A stretch of DNA of 64,000 nucleotides, from NCBI RefSeq assembly GCF_009914755.1, contig NC_060937.1. One strand, given 5' to 3'. This stretch comes from the human T2T-CHM13v2.0 reference genome, Homo sapiens. Positions 30,288-42,900 of the stretch are shown here, piece by piece (within the stretch, counting starts at the first letter, position 1; each line of letters starts with the position of its first letter). The notes below the pieces were generated by a model that was given only the letters and a program-made list of their open reading frames with translations, was not told the origin of the DNA and made no database searches. Position numbers and translations under genes: made by a program.

Positions 30288-30585
30288 TTGTTTTTTTTGT
30301 TTTGTTTTTTTAGATGGAGTCTTGCTCTGTTGCCCAGGCAGTGGTGCGATCTCAGCTCACTGAAGCCTCTGCCTCCCAGGTTCAAGCGATTCTCCTGCTT
30401 TGCCCTCCCGAGTAGCTGGGATTACAGGTATCCACCACCACACCCGGCTAATTTTTGTATTTTTAGTAGAGACGGGGTTTCACCATCTTGGCCAGGCTGG
30501 TCTCAAACTCCTGACCTCAAGTGATCCACCCACCTCAGCCTCGCAAAGTGCTGGAATTACAGACGTGAACCACCACACCCAGCCT
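30288..30585 (-). mobile_element. AluS
   Basis: Full reverse-complement Alu. Confidence 0.95.
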
Positions 30586-31585
30586 GGATCTGCTTGTCTA
30601 TTTAAGTTATTAACGAATTTTTTTTACTGATTTACCTATAGCCATGTGGAGAGTACATGATATTTCAAAATATCTTCAATATAAGTGATATTTATTTAGC
30701 CCCAAATGTTGCATGCCTTAATTCTATATTTGAGCATATGCTTTAGATTTGGTTTGTGGTAAAATGGAGCATTCCCTCTAGTGTTATGTAGTATGATGGC
30801 AGTGAATGAAAGAGTGAAATTTTGTATCTTATTGCAGTAGAGTACTAAGGAAGATGACAGATTCTCCTTATTTGGAGAACAGGAAGTGGTCTAGGATTGA
30901 AATCCAAAAAAATCAAATTTGTTTGGTGTTACCAGTAGTGACCTGCCTTGATGTGGCTTCTTCAGATGCAACTAGAACCAAAAATTGTGACATCTGAAAG
31001 TAGTGGGAGAATTTGAGGAACATGAGTCAGAACCTGTTACCTAAAATTTCAGCCTCTGAAGTCACTATTCCCAGGATGAATGACTGGCTTTACAGAGTCC
31101 CTGCAATTATCATCACCTGGAGTAGATGGAGAAAAAGGTCGTTTGAGAAGACTAAGGCTTAAATGAAATAGCATTTTGAAGATTCTTTCTGAGCCATTCG
31201 GATTTCCTTACTTGATCTCTTAACTGCTTCAACTTATCCAGAGAGCAGTTCTATTCTTTCTACTCCTTGAATGAATAAGAGAAAAGTAATTTGTGGTTTA
31301 CTAACATCTGCATCAGGGTTAAATGATATTTGTTAAAGATGTTTAAGTCCTGGACACCACGCTGACCAGTAGAATCGAAGTGTTGTAAACTGCATTTTTA
31401 AAAACCTCTCTAAGTGTTTTTTTGGCATCCTAAAATTTGGGAACTACTGGTCTGTAGTATGAGGGCCAGTAGCCACATACATAATGAATGCTTTTGTTGA
31501 TACTGATGTTATTACCAGAGTTAATTTTAATGAAAACTGAAGCTGATTAAGACACTCTTACTGCCTACTTCTGCTTAAAGGATTC

Positions 31586-31932
<347 letters not shown>

Positions 31933-31992
31933 TAAAAGTAAAAAATATTATTTACTTTAACTCCCTCTGTTCTTGAGCCATAATATTCTTGA

Positions 31993-32592
31993 GCAGTGGT
32001 TCTCAAATTTAGCAGTGCATTAGAATCTCTCTCGGAGTTTGTTAGAATACAGATTACTGGGCCTCATCCCCAGTAGTTTCTGATTCTGGATGAGCCCTGA
32101 GAGTTTACAAGTTCTTTACAAGTTTCTTGTAAGTTCCCATATGTTTTAGTTGGCTAGGGCTGCCATAACAAAATACTGTACACTGGGTGGCTTAAACAAC
32201 AGAACTTTATTATCTCATAGCTCTAGAGGCTCAAAGTCCTAGATCATGGTGCTAGCAGGGTTGGTTTCCAGGAGGCCCCTCTCCCTGGCTTGCAGATGGC
32301 TGTCTCTTCATACAGTAATCTGTCTGGGCACATATGCATCCCTGGTATCTCTTCTGGGTATTCAAATATCCTCTTCTTATGAGGACAAGAGTCACATTGG
32401 ATTAGGGCCCATTCTACTGACCTCATATTAACTTAATCATCTCTTTAAAGGCCCTGTCTCCAAATATGGTCATATTCTGAAGTACTGGCAGTTAGGACTT
32501 CAACATATAAATTTTGAGGGGGACAAAATTCAGTCTGTAACACCATATAATGCTGAGGCTATAGATCTAGGGACCACACTTTGAGAACCACT
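31993..32592. mobile_element. MER5A (hAT-Charlie MITE) split by MLT1B
   Basis: TIRs cagtggttctcaaa ... tttgagaaccact. Confidence 0.85.
32142..32542 (-). mobile_element. MLT1B-like MaLR solo LTR
   Basis: TG...CA ends, 5-bp TSD ccata, ctagggctgccataacaaa...cttcaacatataaattttgaggggg. Confidence 0.9.
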
Positions 32593-32729
32593 CTTCCAGA
32601 CTTGACTGGCCAAACAAGAAATAACTTCTGAAAATACATTTTTCAATCTTGGTAAGCAGTTCTTGGCCTTCTACTCTTTCTAACAACTTTCTCATGATGA
32701 TCCTTTCGACGTCTCTCTTATAATTATTA

Positions 32730-33180
32730 TCCTTGGCAGATAATTTTCCAGTCTGCAGTCTACGTCTCTGTCCTCAATGACTCTTAAATACGTGTCAGAA
32801 TCCAACTGGGTGTCTTGCCAACAGCTCACACTTAGTGTATTCACACCAGAGCTTATTTTGGTTGGTTTGGTCTTGCTCTTCATTTTGTTTCCCTGTTTCT
32901 GTGACATGACCACTCACTGGACATTTAAATGGGATCATGGAGTCATATTTTGTATTTTCCTTTCCTCTGCACCAAATCGAGCAGCATCAACTTTGCAAGT
33001 CTCTGTCCCCATAGCCCTTTTCATTTTGTGTCCAGCTTTGTTTAGGTCTCATTCCTTCTTCTTCGAATGTTGCAACAGCCTTCTATCCGGAATCTGTCCT
33101 TTTAGTCTCTCCCTCCTTTAATGAAGACTATCTGCTGTTGCTGGAGTCATCTTCCTAAAGCATTATTCTAATCAAAATTT
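32730..33180 (+). mobile_element. L2 fragment
   Basis: tgcaacagccttcta...gctggagtcatcttcctaaa. Confidence 0.5.
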
Positions 33181-33188
33181 TCAACTGT

Positions 33189-33311
33189 GGCTGGTCCATA
33201 AGGTAGTGAGTTACCTCAATTGATTGTTCCCAGTCAGTGACAGATCGACTTCCTTGTTCTATTCTTTCCCCACTTCTCACTACTGCACTTAACTAGTGTT
33301 AAAAAAAAAAA
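33189..33311 (+). pseudogene. RNY1: Y1 RNA retropseudogene with A-tail
   Basis: ggctggtcc..aaggtagtgagtta..tcaattgattgtt..cagtcagt..cttctcactactgcactt.actagt matches hY1 over its full length (roughly 90% by eye); followed by A11. Confidence 0.95.
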
Positions 33312-33681
33312 TCAAGTGTTTTTCCACTGCTTATTCAATAGGTAATATGCCCAGTTAAAAAAAACCTCAGGGTTCTGCTACAAAAAAAAAGAGTGAGTAA
33401 GAAACTATCAGTCTCCTCCAGCCTGCTCCACTGATTCCCCAAATATTCACTTCATCTTTCCTGTCACACAAGACCCTTCACCCTTCCCAATGCACACACC
33501 CCAAAGTGCAATGCAGTTAGAATCTCCAGCTCAAGGTTAAAGATCTTTGCATGTTGTGCATTTGGCTCTGTCAGATCCCAGTGTGCCCAGTGTGGATCAT
33601 CATGGTCTGGCAAAAAATTATCTGCCCATCGCACCAATATTCAGTGGTGCAGTAGGAACATAGTGACTGCAATATAGTATC

Positions 33682-34105
33682 TGTATTAGCCTGTTCTCAT
33701 GCTGCTGATAAAGACCTGCCCAAGGCTGGGTAATTTATAAGGAAAAAGAGCTTTAATGGTGTTGATAAAGACATGCCCAAGACTGGGTAATTTATAAGGA
33801 AAAAGAGCTTTAACGGATTCAGAGTTCCACGTGGTTGGGGAGGCCTCACATCATGGTAGAAGGTGGAAGGCAAAAGGCACGCCTTACATGGTGGCAGGCA
33901 AGAGACAGAATGAGAGCCAAGCAAAAGGGGTTTCTCCTTATAAAACCATCAGATCTCATGAGACTTATTCTTATTCACAACAGTATGAGGGAAACCGCCC
34001 CTATGAATCAATTATCTCCCACTGGGTCCCTCCCACAACATGTGGGAATTGTGGGAGCTACAATTCAAGATGAGATATGGGTAGGGACACAGCCAAACCA
34101 TATCA
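33682..34105 (-). mobile_element. THE1 (THE1B-like) solo LTR
   Basis: tgtattag...gggacacagccaaaccatatca; 5-bp TSD gtatc. Confidence 0.95.
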
Positions 34106-35134
34106 GTATCCATGCAGAAAAGGAGAAAAATAGAAGATTTGAGGGCCATAGCAACTTTTAAATGATGCTGAGCCAGAACAGTGAAGACTCCAGCCTAGGC
34201 AGTGGAGTTATTATCATGGCTGTTGTCCTTGTTGGCCATTGGTTTTACCTTCTCAGACACTCTTTCTGGCCCCCTCTCCTCTGTGATCTTTCCAAGGTGA
34301 GCATTATAAAGTACACTGTTCTTGGGGTCTGCATTCACACCCACCTCTTTTTGGTGTAAGTTTGGAGACTTGGATTGTTTTAGGGATTGCAACATCATGA
34401 TGCCAGGCTTGGGGTTTCATTGGCAACACAGTTCCCTAAAAATCTGAGGGGCTTCCAGTCTTCTTGCTGTTGTTCCATCCTGTATGTGAATAACCAGAAC
34501 CAGAGGTCCTGTTTTCATATAATTTTTGAGCCTAGAGTCTCTAGTTTATTACATACGGGCCTTTGTGCTTTGCCAACTTCTCTTCCCCCAAATTAACTTG
34601 AGATGATTTGAAAAATAGGCATGGGGATCTTTGCAAATTTGCTGCTTCCTTGTTCTATAGAAAATTCCTGAAGGGAAGGCTTGAACAAGGTGTGGGGTCA
34701 TGGTCTTATATCTTATAAGATATAAGATATATCAACCACAATATAGCACAACCACAAGGTGGCTTGTGCTCTTGCCTCTGGCTGTGGCTCATAATAGTTT
34801 CACTTTGAAGTAAGGATGTAGTCAGCTTTTTCAGCCTGAAAATGTTCCACATTAGACTTGTTAACCTAGCTGCTGGCTGTGGCATCTTAGCAAAATTGTA
34901 TTTCCTTCCACTCTGCTGGCAGACTGACTAGCTCTAGCCTAGGTTTATCTCTTTTGTGTAGGATTTTGTTGAAAGTATCAGAACTTGCCAAAACACACCA
35001 CCCTTCTAAAACTTTCATACTATTTTCACTAATGCCACAGGCTTGGTTGGCACCTTTGAATGTTCTGCTAGTCACTGTTTTTACTAGGATCACCAGTTCC
35101 CTAGTCTGCAAGAGTTTTATTTTCCCCCCCTCCA

Positions 35135-35199
35135 AGAGATGATGTATTGCTATGTTGCTCAGGCTAGAATGCAGTGATTATTCACAGATGCAATCATAG
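35135..35199 (-). mobile_element. FAM/7SL-derived 3' fragment
   Basis: tgctatgttgctcaggctagaatgcagtgattattcacag matches the antisense 7SL/FAM 3' end. Confidence 0.7.
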
Positions 35200-35825
35200 T
35201 TTTACCTTTTCTATGTCACTCAGACACCTCCTTTAAGTGAATCCTACATTTTAGCTAATGCAGTAGCTCTCTTTTGGTATCAAATTTTATATTAATTAGA
35301 ATTAAGTTTGGGTGCACATGTCAGAAAGCAAAAAGTAACAGTGGTTTCAATGATGCTGGTTTATTTCTCTTCCTTTTAAAAGAAGTTTGGAGGGAGGCAG
35401 TCTAGAGCTTGTTAAAGACTCCCAGTATTGTTAGTGTTCCAGGATCTTCCAGCTTTCCTCTCCACCTGCCTAGAGTGAGGACATTGAACTTGTGATTTAA
35501 AATGGCTGCTGGAAGTCCAGCCATCACATCCACTTTCCATACATGAAGAAATAGAAAGTGGAATGAGAAGGGTATACCCTTTACCTTACACTGAGATTTT
35601 TGAGGAAATCTATACTTCATTATAACTGCGTGGCCAAGATTTAGTTAATCATATGGCCACTCCTAGCTTCAAGAGAGGCTTAAAATATAGTCTTTTAGCT
35701 AAGTAGATGTATCCATCTATCTATCAAGGTTTCGTTACCAAAGTGAAAGGGAAGGTATACAGCAGAGCAGGAAACTAACAGCCTGTCACAGGTAAATGTA
35801 TAAGTAATAGGGAACATGGCAAAGA

Positions 35826-36140
35826 GGCCAAGCATGGTGGCTCATGCCTATAATCCCAGCGCTTTGGGAAGCCAAGTGGGCAGATCACTTGAGGTCACGA
35901 GTTTGAGACCAGCCTGGCCAACAGAATGAAACCCCATCTTTACTAAAAATACAAAAATTAGCTGGGCGTGGTGGCGCATGCCTGTAGTCCCAGCTACTCG
36001 GGAGGCTGAGGCAGGAGAATCGCTTGAACCCAGGTTGCTTGCTGCAACCTCCACCATTGTACTCCAGCCTGGGCAACAGAGTGGTACTCTGCCTCAATAA
36101 ATAAAAATAAAATAAAATAAAATAAAGAAACAAAATAAAG
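35826..36140 (+). mobile_element. AluS with internal micro-inversion
   Basis: Full Alu with (TAAAA)n tail. Confidence 0.93.
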
Positions 36141-36400
36141 AGTTTAATGTGCCTCAAGGGAGCTCCACGTAAGTGTGAGGAGGAATTCTGCAGAGGGTGA
36201 GGTAGCAGTCAGCTACAACAGCCGTGGAGGGCTTTCAAAAGAAGGTAACATTTGAATTCAGTTTTAAAGAATGAGTAGGAGAGAAGTAGGGCAGTTGAAC
36301 TGGAGAACCAGGACAATTAAAGGCAAATATTTGAAAAAAATGCAAGGTCTATACCCATTTGACTAGACAGGGCTGGGAGTAGGGCGAAGTGAAGGAGATG
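36140..36400 (-). mobile_element. L2 fragment
   Basis: gaaggtaacatttgaattcagttttaaagaatgagtagg. Confidence 0.55.
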
Positions 36401-37390
36401 CGCAGGGTACCTGAGATCCTCAGTTCCAGGGTCTTGCCAGCCTGGGATGAGCAGCTCCACAAAATGTATGCTCTAGGTGCCTCACTTACCTGTCCCTAGT
36501 CCTGGTTCTGCACTTGAATACATGATACATTAAGGGGACTGGTGGCAAGCCAGGCTGGGATGTCAGCCCTTTCTAATTTCAAGTAAAGAAACTGAAGTCG
36601 GCTCCCACACGTGTCCAGAAGAAAGCCTAACATCTTACGCCAGTTCCAGATGACAATTTGGCAATTCTCCCACCAAAGGAAGGATTTTGCTGTTAACTAG
36701 CATGATAATTTCTTATAGACCACACATCAAAGACAAATTGCCATGTTTTTTCTTGCCATGGTTATTCTGAGCTTCTGAGTAGTATTTTAGTCTTTCATGA
36801 TTAGACCCACATCAGATCTTGATGTGAAGAAAGATTCAGGACATTTACTATGATGTTAATATAGCTGACACCTGCTGTAAAAGCCACACAAAATGAAGAT
36901 GGTGGGAAGTCCCCCGCATTCTCCCAGTATGGGCCTGCAATGCACATGCTCTCACGAGTCAGCGGAAGACAAGTTGTTACAAAAGCTTTCACTCAAATAA
37001 GTAAGTTGGGAAATGCAGGAAGTGGGTTATACTGTATGGTTATAATATCATGAAAGCAGTAAATGTTATGCCACTTCTTTCCTAACCTCCCTAACTATGA
37101 AGTTGGAGTTCTAGACTTATCATTCCCATCACCATATGTCCTAGATCCTGATTCTCCTTCCAAAAATAGTGAAAGATTACTGGAAACTCCAGACATCAGT
37201 TGGTCTACCTGCAGCTCTGTGATAGTGGGGTAGGGAGTAGGTTATAGAAAACAGATTAAAAATAATAGATGCAATTTATTGAGGTATCTTCTAGTTGCTA
37301 AGCTCTTGCCATGCATCATTATCTCATAAAGTTCTTTGTTCTTACTTTTAATTATAGGTAGAAGAAATAGTGTATATAGAGATTTAAAGC

Positions 37391-37678
37391 ATTTTTTTTT
37401 TGAGACAGGGTCTTGCTCTGTTGTCCAAGCTGGAGTTCAGTAGTGCAATCAGGGCTTCCTGCAGCCTTGAGTTCCTGGGCTCAAGTGATCCAACCATCTC
37501 AGCCTCCCAAAGTGCTGGGATTATAGGCATGGGCCACTATGCGCGGCCGTTTTTGATTTTATTTTAAAAAATTATTTTATAGATGGGATCTTGCTATATT
37601 GACAAGTCTGGTCTCAAACTTCTCCCACTTCAGCCTCCTGAGCTGCAGGAGCTACAGGCAGACACCACTATACCCGCT
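37391..37678 (-). mobile_element. Atypical old Alu dimer inside a MIR
   Basis: Two monomers; TSD tatagagat. Confidence 0.8.
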
Positions 37679-37852
37679 TATAGAGATATTAAGTTTCTTG
37701 TTCAGTGGCCATCTGGTTTATATTAAAGAACCTTCTCTAGTGGTAACCCACTTCCTCCTGAGGGGAACATCTTTGGGCAACTTTAATTATGGGAAAGTTA
37801 TTTTTTGTGTATGATTCAAAAGTTGATTTTCTATACCTTCTGCTTACTGATT

Positions 37853-38150
37853 CTTTTTTTTTTTTTTTTTTTTTTTTGAGACAGGGTCTTACTCTGTTGC
37901 CCACACTGGAATGCAATGCCACAATCTCGGCTCACTGCAGCCTTGATCTGCTAGGCTCAAGCAATCCTCCCGCCTCAGCCTTTTGAGTAGCTGGGACTAC
38001 AGGTCTGTGCCACCACTAATTTTTAATTTTTTGTAATGATGGGGTCCCTTTACATTGCCCAGGCTGGTCTCGAAATCTTGAGCTCAAGAAATCCTTGACC
38101 ACTGGCCTCCCCAAATGCTGGGATTAAAGGTGTGAGCCACCACACCTAGC
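37853..38150 (-). mobile_element. AluJ with TSD
   Basis: TSD ttactg(a/g)ttctt. Confidence 0.92.
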
Positions 38151-38199
38151 CTGGTTACTGGTTCTTAGTTCTATCCCTACTATTGAAGTCCTTAAAATA

Positions 38200-38900
38200 T
38201 GCAAAAATAGTTATCACGTTTCCAGGTTTTCCTTGTCTCTTGATTGAAAATTCAGGTTCCTCACATGGCCTGATTCTAAACTTCTTCCTCACTGGGGTTG
38301 CCATTCTTTTGTTATGTTCTAGTTTGTCTGTAAGCTCTAAAAAGAACTGAGCACAGTAACCCACCTGTGGGTACTAACTGTAGTGTTTAGAAGGACTGTC
38401 ACCTCCCTCACTCTAGATGTTATGTCTTTCTTCCTTTTCCTTTCTCTCTCCTTCCTTCCTTCCTTCATTCCTTCCTTCTTTCCCTCCCTCCCTCCCTCCC
38501 TCCTTCCCTCCCTCCCTCCCTCCCTCTCTCTCTCTTTCTCCCTTTCTCCCTTTCTTTCTTTCTTTCTTTGACAGAGTTGACAGAGTCTCACTCTGTCATC
38601 TAGGCAGAAGTGCAGTGGTGCAATCATAGCTCACTGTAGCCTTAAACTCCCTGGTTCAAGCATCCTCCTGCCTTAGCCTTCCCACCTGTAGGACTACAGG
38701 TGCACACCACCACATCTGGCAAATTAAATTTTTTTTTTTGTAGAGATGGAGTCTTGCTGTGTTGCCCAGCTTGGTCTCAAATTTCTGAGCCCAAGCGATC
38801 CTCCTGCTTCAGCCTCCCAAAGTGCTGGGATTACAGGTGTGAGCCACTGTGTCAGCCCAGATATTGTATTCCTATTAATGGAATGTAGAATTCTCAGTAT
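38200..38900 (-). mobile_element. L3/CR1 fossil interrupted by an AluJ (38425-38858, (CCTT/CCCT)n tail)
   Basis: aaggactgtcacctccctcactctag...ttcctattaatg resembles antisense L3; the Alu is clear. Confidence 0.6.
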
Positions 38901-39277
38901 TTTAGGGTGTCAGGGACTATATATAAAACTATATATTTTTTATATATTTTAGGGTGTCAGGGACTATATATAAAACTATATATTTTATACTTATATACTT
39001 CCATTAAACATACCATTGATGAAATCCCTAAATTTTTTTTCACATTTGCTTTTGCTATGCCTTGTTACCGCCGTACTACATTTCTTCAGGTGGGTGTTTT
39101 GGATGCAAACACAGACCTTAACATTTGTTTCAGTGAAATAACATTTTATTCAATTCAAAACGTTGCTCCAGGTGCTTAAGATTTTTTTTGAGATTGATTT
39201 TTGCCACCCACCATACTTACTATTACTTCTAGCTTCATTGCGTCAAGTAATATGAAAACCTGTCCTCTGTATCTTCT

Positions 39278-39894
<617 letters not shown>

Positions 39895-40339
39895 AAAACC
39901 TGTCCTCTGTATCTTCTAACAGTGCAACTAACAAACTGTTGACATTGATCCATCAGAAGGAGACAACTCTCCAGCATCGGCTTAGACTATCTGTTCTTCT
40001 TTTGCCATTCAGATCCTTGTTCATCATGTTTTCCCTTCAGAAATTTTCCCATATTTGAATGTTTTCAAAGTCTACCTGTTTTTCAAGGTCTAATTCAAAG
40101 CCCATCTCCTCCATGAAGTCTGCTCTGATCCATTGTGATTTTCCCGTCTCGGAAATTCCTAGGCATATTTGGATTCTTCACTCCTAACCTCCCACATCCT
40201 TTCTGTGAATGTAAACTCCACCTTCACTTCCAGTCTCATGAAGACAAGAACAATATTATTTATTAGCCTCTAGCCTCTGGCTGTCACAGTACCAGGCTGA
40301 GGGTAGTGTTTAATTGTTACTTGTTTGGATTGATTAGGC

Positions 40340-40566
40340 CAGTAGTTCTCAACAGGAGATGGTTTTGCCCACCTCCTCCTCCCTTTCCAGGGAATGTTTG
40401 GCTATGTCTGGAGACATTTTTTTATTGTCCTACTGAAAGGGTGCTACTGGCATCTATCTAGTGGGTAGAAGCCAAGGATTCTGCTAAACATCCTAAAGTA
40501 CACCGGATGATCCCCACCCTAAAAAATCATCCAGAATGTCAATAATGATGATGTTGGGTAACTCTG
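40340..40566. mobile_element. MER20 (hAT-Charlie)
   Basis: cagtagttctcaac...tgtctggagacattttt...gtgctactggcatct...ctgctaaacatcct. Confidence 0.85.
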
Positions 40567-42249
40567 TATTAGACAATTCAGGCGTGTTTTGATTGGCTTT
40601 TTAAAAGACTACTCCATCTTTCCGTTAAGAACTACATTTTGGTGACAGATAACATGTCTGCCGACCCTTCCTGGAAGGAATGCTGCCTCCACATAGTCAC
40701 CTCTGTGGTTCAAGCCAGGGCAGTCAGTTTGTCTTGGTTAGGTTACTGAAAGAAGATGATTATGGGTGAGTTAGCAGGTATGGGCATAATAAAAGTGATT
40801 CCACAAGCTACAACTAAAAATTAGTTTTATTAGTTTCTGGCTATGCTCTCTATAAATGTCTAGGTTTGGGCTTCATTTTATTTGTATGTTAGAATGAGAT
40901 AGTAAGAACTTTCCTCTAGCTATTTTATGAGGATATTTTGAAGAAAAAGGACATAATTTAGGTGAAAAGTTTTGAATTCTCTGGGTAGGAAAATGACCAT
41001 TAAAGCATTACAATGATAATTATTAGTGGATATCTGGGGTACATGGGAACAAAGTACTTTATATAAGGTGCTTTATACTGCAAAGAAAAGACGCAATTAA
41101 AGCAAACATGTTGTTCTGGTTCTAACTTATATTTCTGTGGCCAGGCTTGATCTCCTAAACTATATATATATGTCTTCCCACCACCACCTGAGGAGACCCT
41201 ACCGGAAACCCTCTTCCTGACCCATGGGCTGTGGCCAGGTCCAAGAGAGTGGATGAGAAACAATAAGAAAATGTTTGCTGATCTTAGGATGTATGAGTGC
41301 TTTTATTATTATTTAAAATGGAAACTTTATGGGATTCAGAAAGCCATCCCTTGATAAACTTGGCTCCTTTCCATGGTTTTATTTTTGTTTTTATTTTGTT
41401 GCATAGCTCTGAAGGAGTTTTCAACACATACAAGGAGTTAAAAGACTTCTAAGCAGCGACGGTGCGGCCGGTCACAAGCATGCGTCCCTTTGGCAGGCAA
41501 TCGCTCGTCTCCACGACGCCGGCCCGCCTCACCTACTATTTGTCTGTGTCTCTGTGGCTGTTGTGTGGCTGGCATCTACCCCCATGCTGGCGTGCCAAAG
41601 GAGTGAATGAACAATGGGATACCCTGGCACTGGCGGGTGTTTTAATAACTGTGGAAAATGAGGAATTTACAGATGCATGATTCAAGCTCCCACTTCAAAG
41701 TTCCTCCACCAAAATCCTCCTGAAATGAGAAGCAATACTACTGAACATAATGCAACCTTTTGCATGGCTGCCCAACATGACTATAAATCTGTGTGTGCAG
41801 TGTTTGGGAAAGTTACATGGCTGGGAAACCGATGCCCTGCTTTCATCTGGAATTTATGTGCAGTGTTCAGTAGGTAGGTGCTGTCTGGGAAATATGAGGG
41901 ATATAATAGGAAGCAATTTGCTTTTCACTGGCAGTCAAGACTCAAGGCAGGCCTGGGCTCATTGAACAGGGGTTTAACCAGCAACGCTGCATGGCTAGAT
42001 CCTCTTGGGCCTGAACTGCCTTCACTCTGAATGGAGAACATTCTCTCCCCGCTGGTCTGAGACTGTACTGGCAAGGAGGAGAAATAAGTCCTTTGTGTCC
42101 CACTCTTTCTTCATATTCTCTGCCTTCTCGTCTGCTCCTCAGTAGATATCCCAAGTCTTATGATGCTTTCAGTGGATGCCATGTCTCCTGCAGAGGCTCC
42201 TCATTCAAGCCTGTCCTGCTCCAGATCGATTATTTTTCTTTTTGTTAAT

Positions 42250-42900
<651 letters not shown>

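Larger units (their letters stand above)
33340..35790 (-). mobile_element. Ancient MaLR (MLT1J-like) proviral remnant: LTR 35290-35790, internal region, LTR remnant ~33340-33420
   Basis: MLT1J motifs (aaaatggctgctggaagtccagccatcacatcc; atggccactcctagcttcaagagaggct); MaLR internal start (reverse complement of ttttggtatcaaattt) next to the LTR. Confidence 0.65.

Noticed and set aside
38337-38629. ERK/PSFL-rich ORFs
   Set aside because: Translations of the (CCTT/CCCT)n Alu tail microsatellite.
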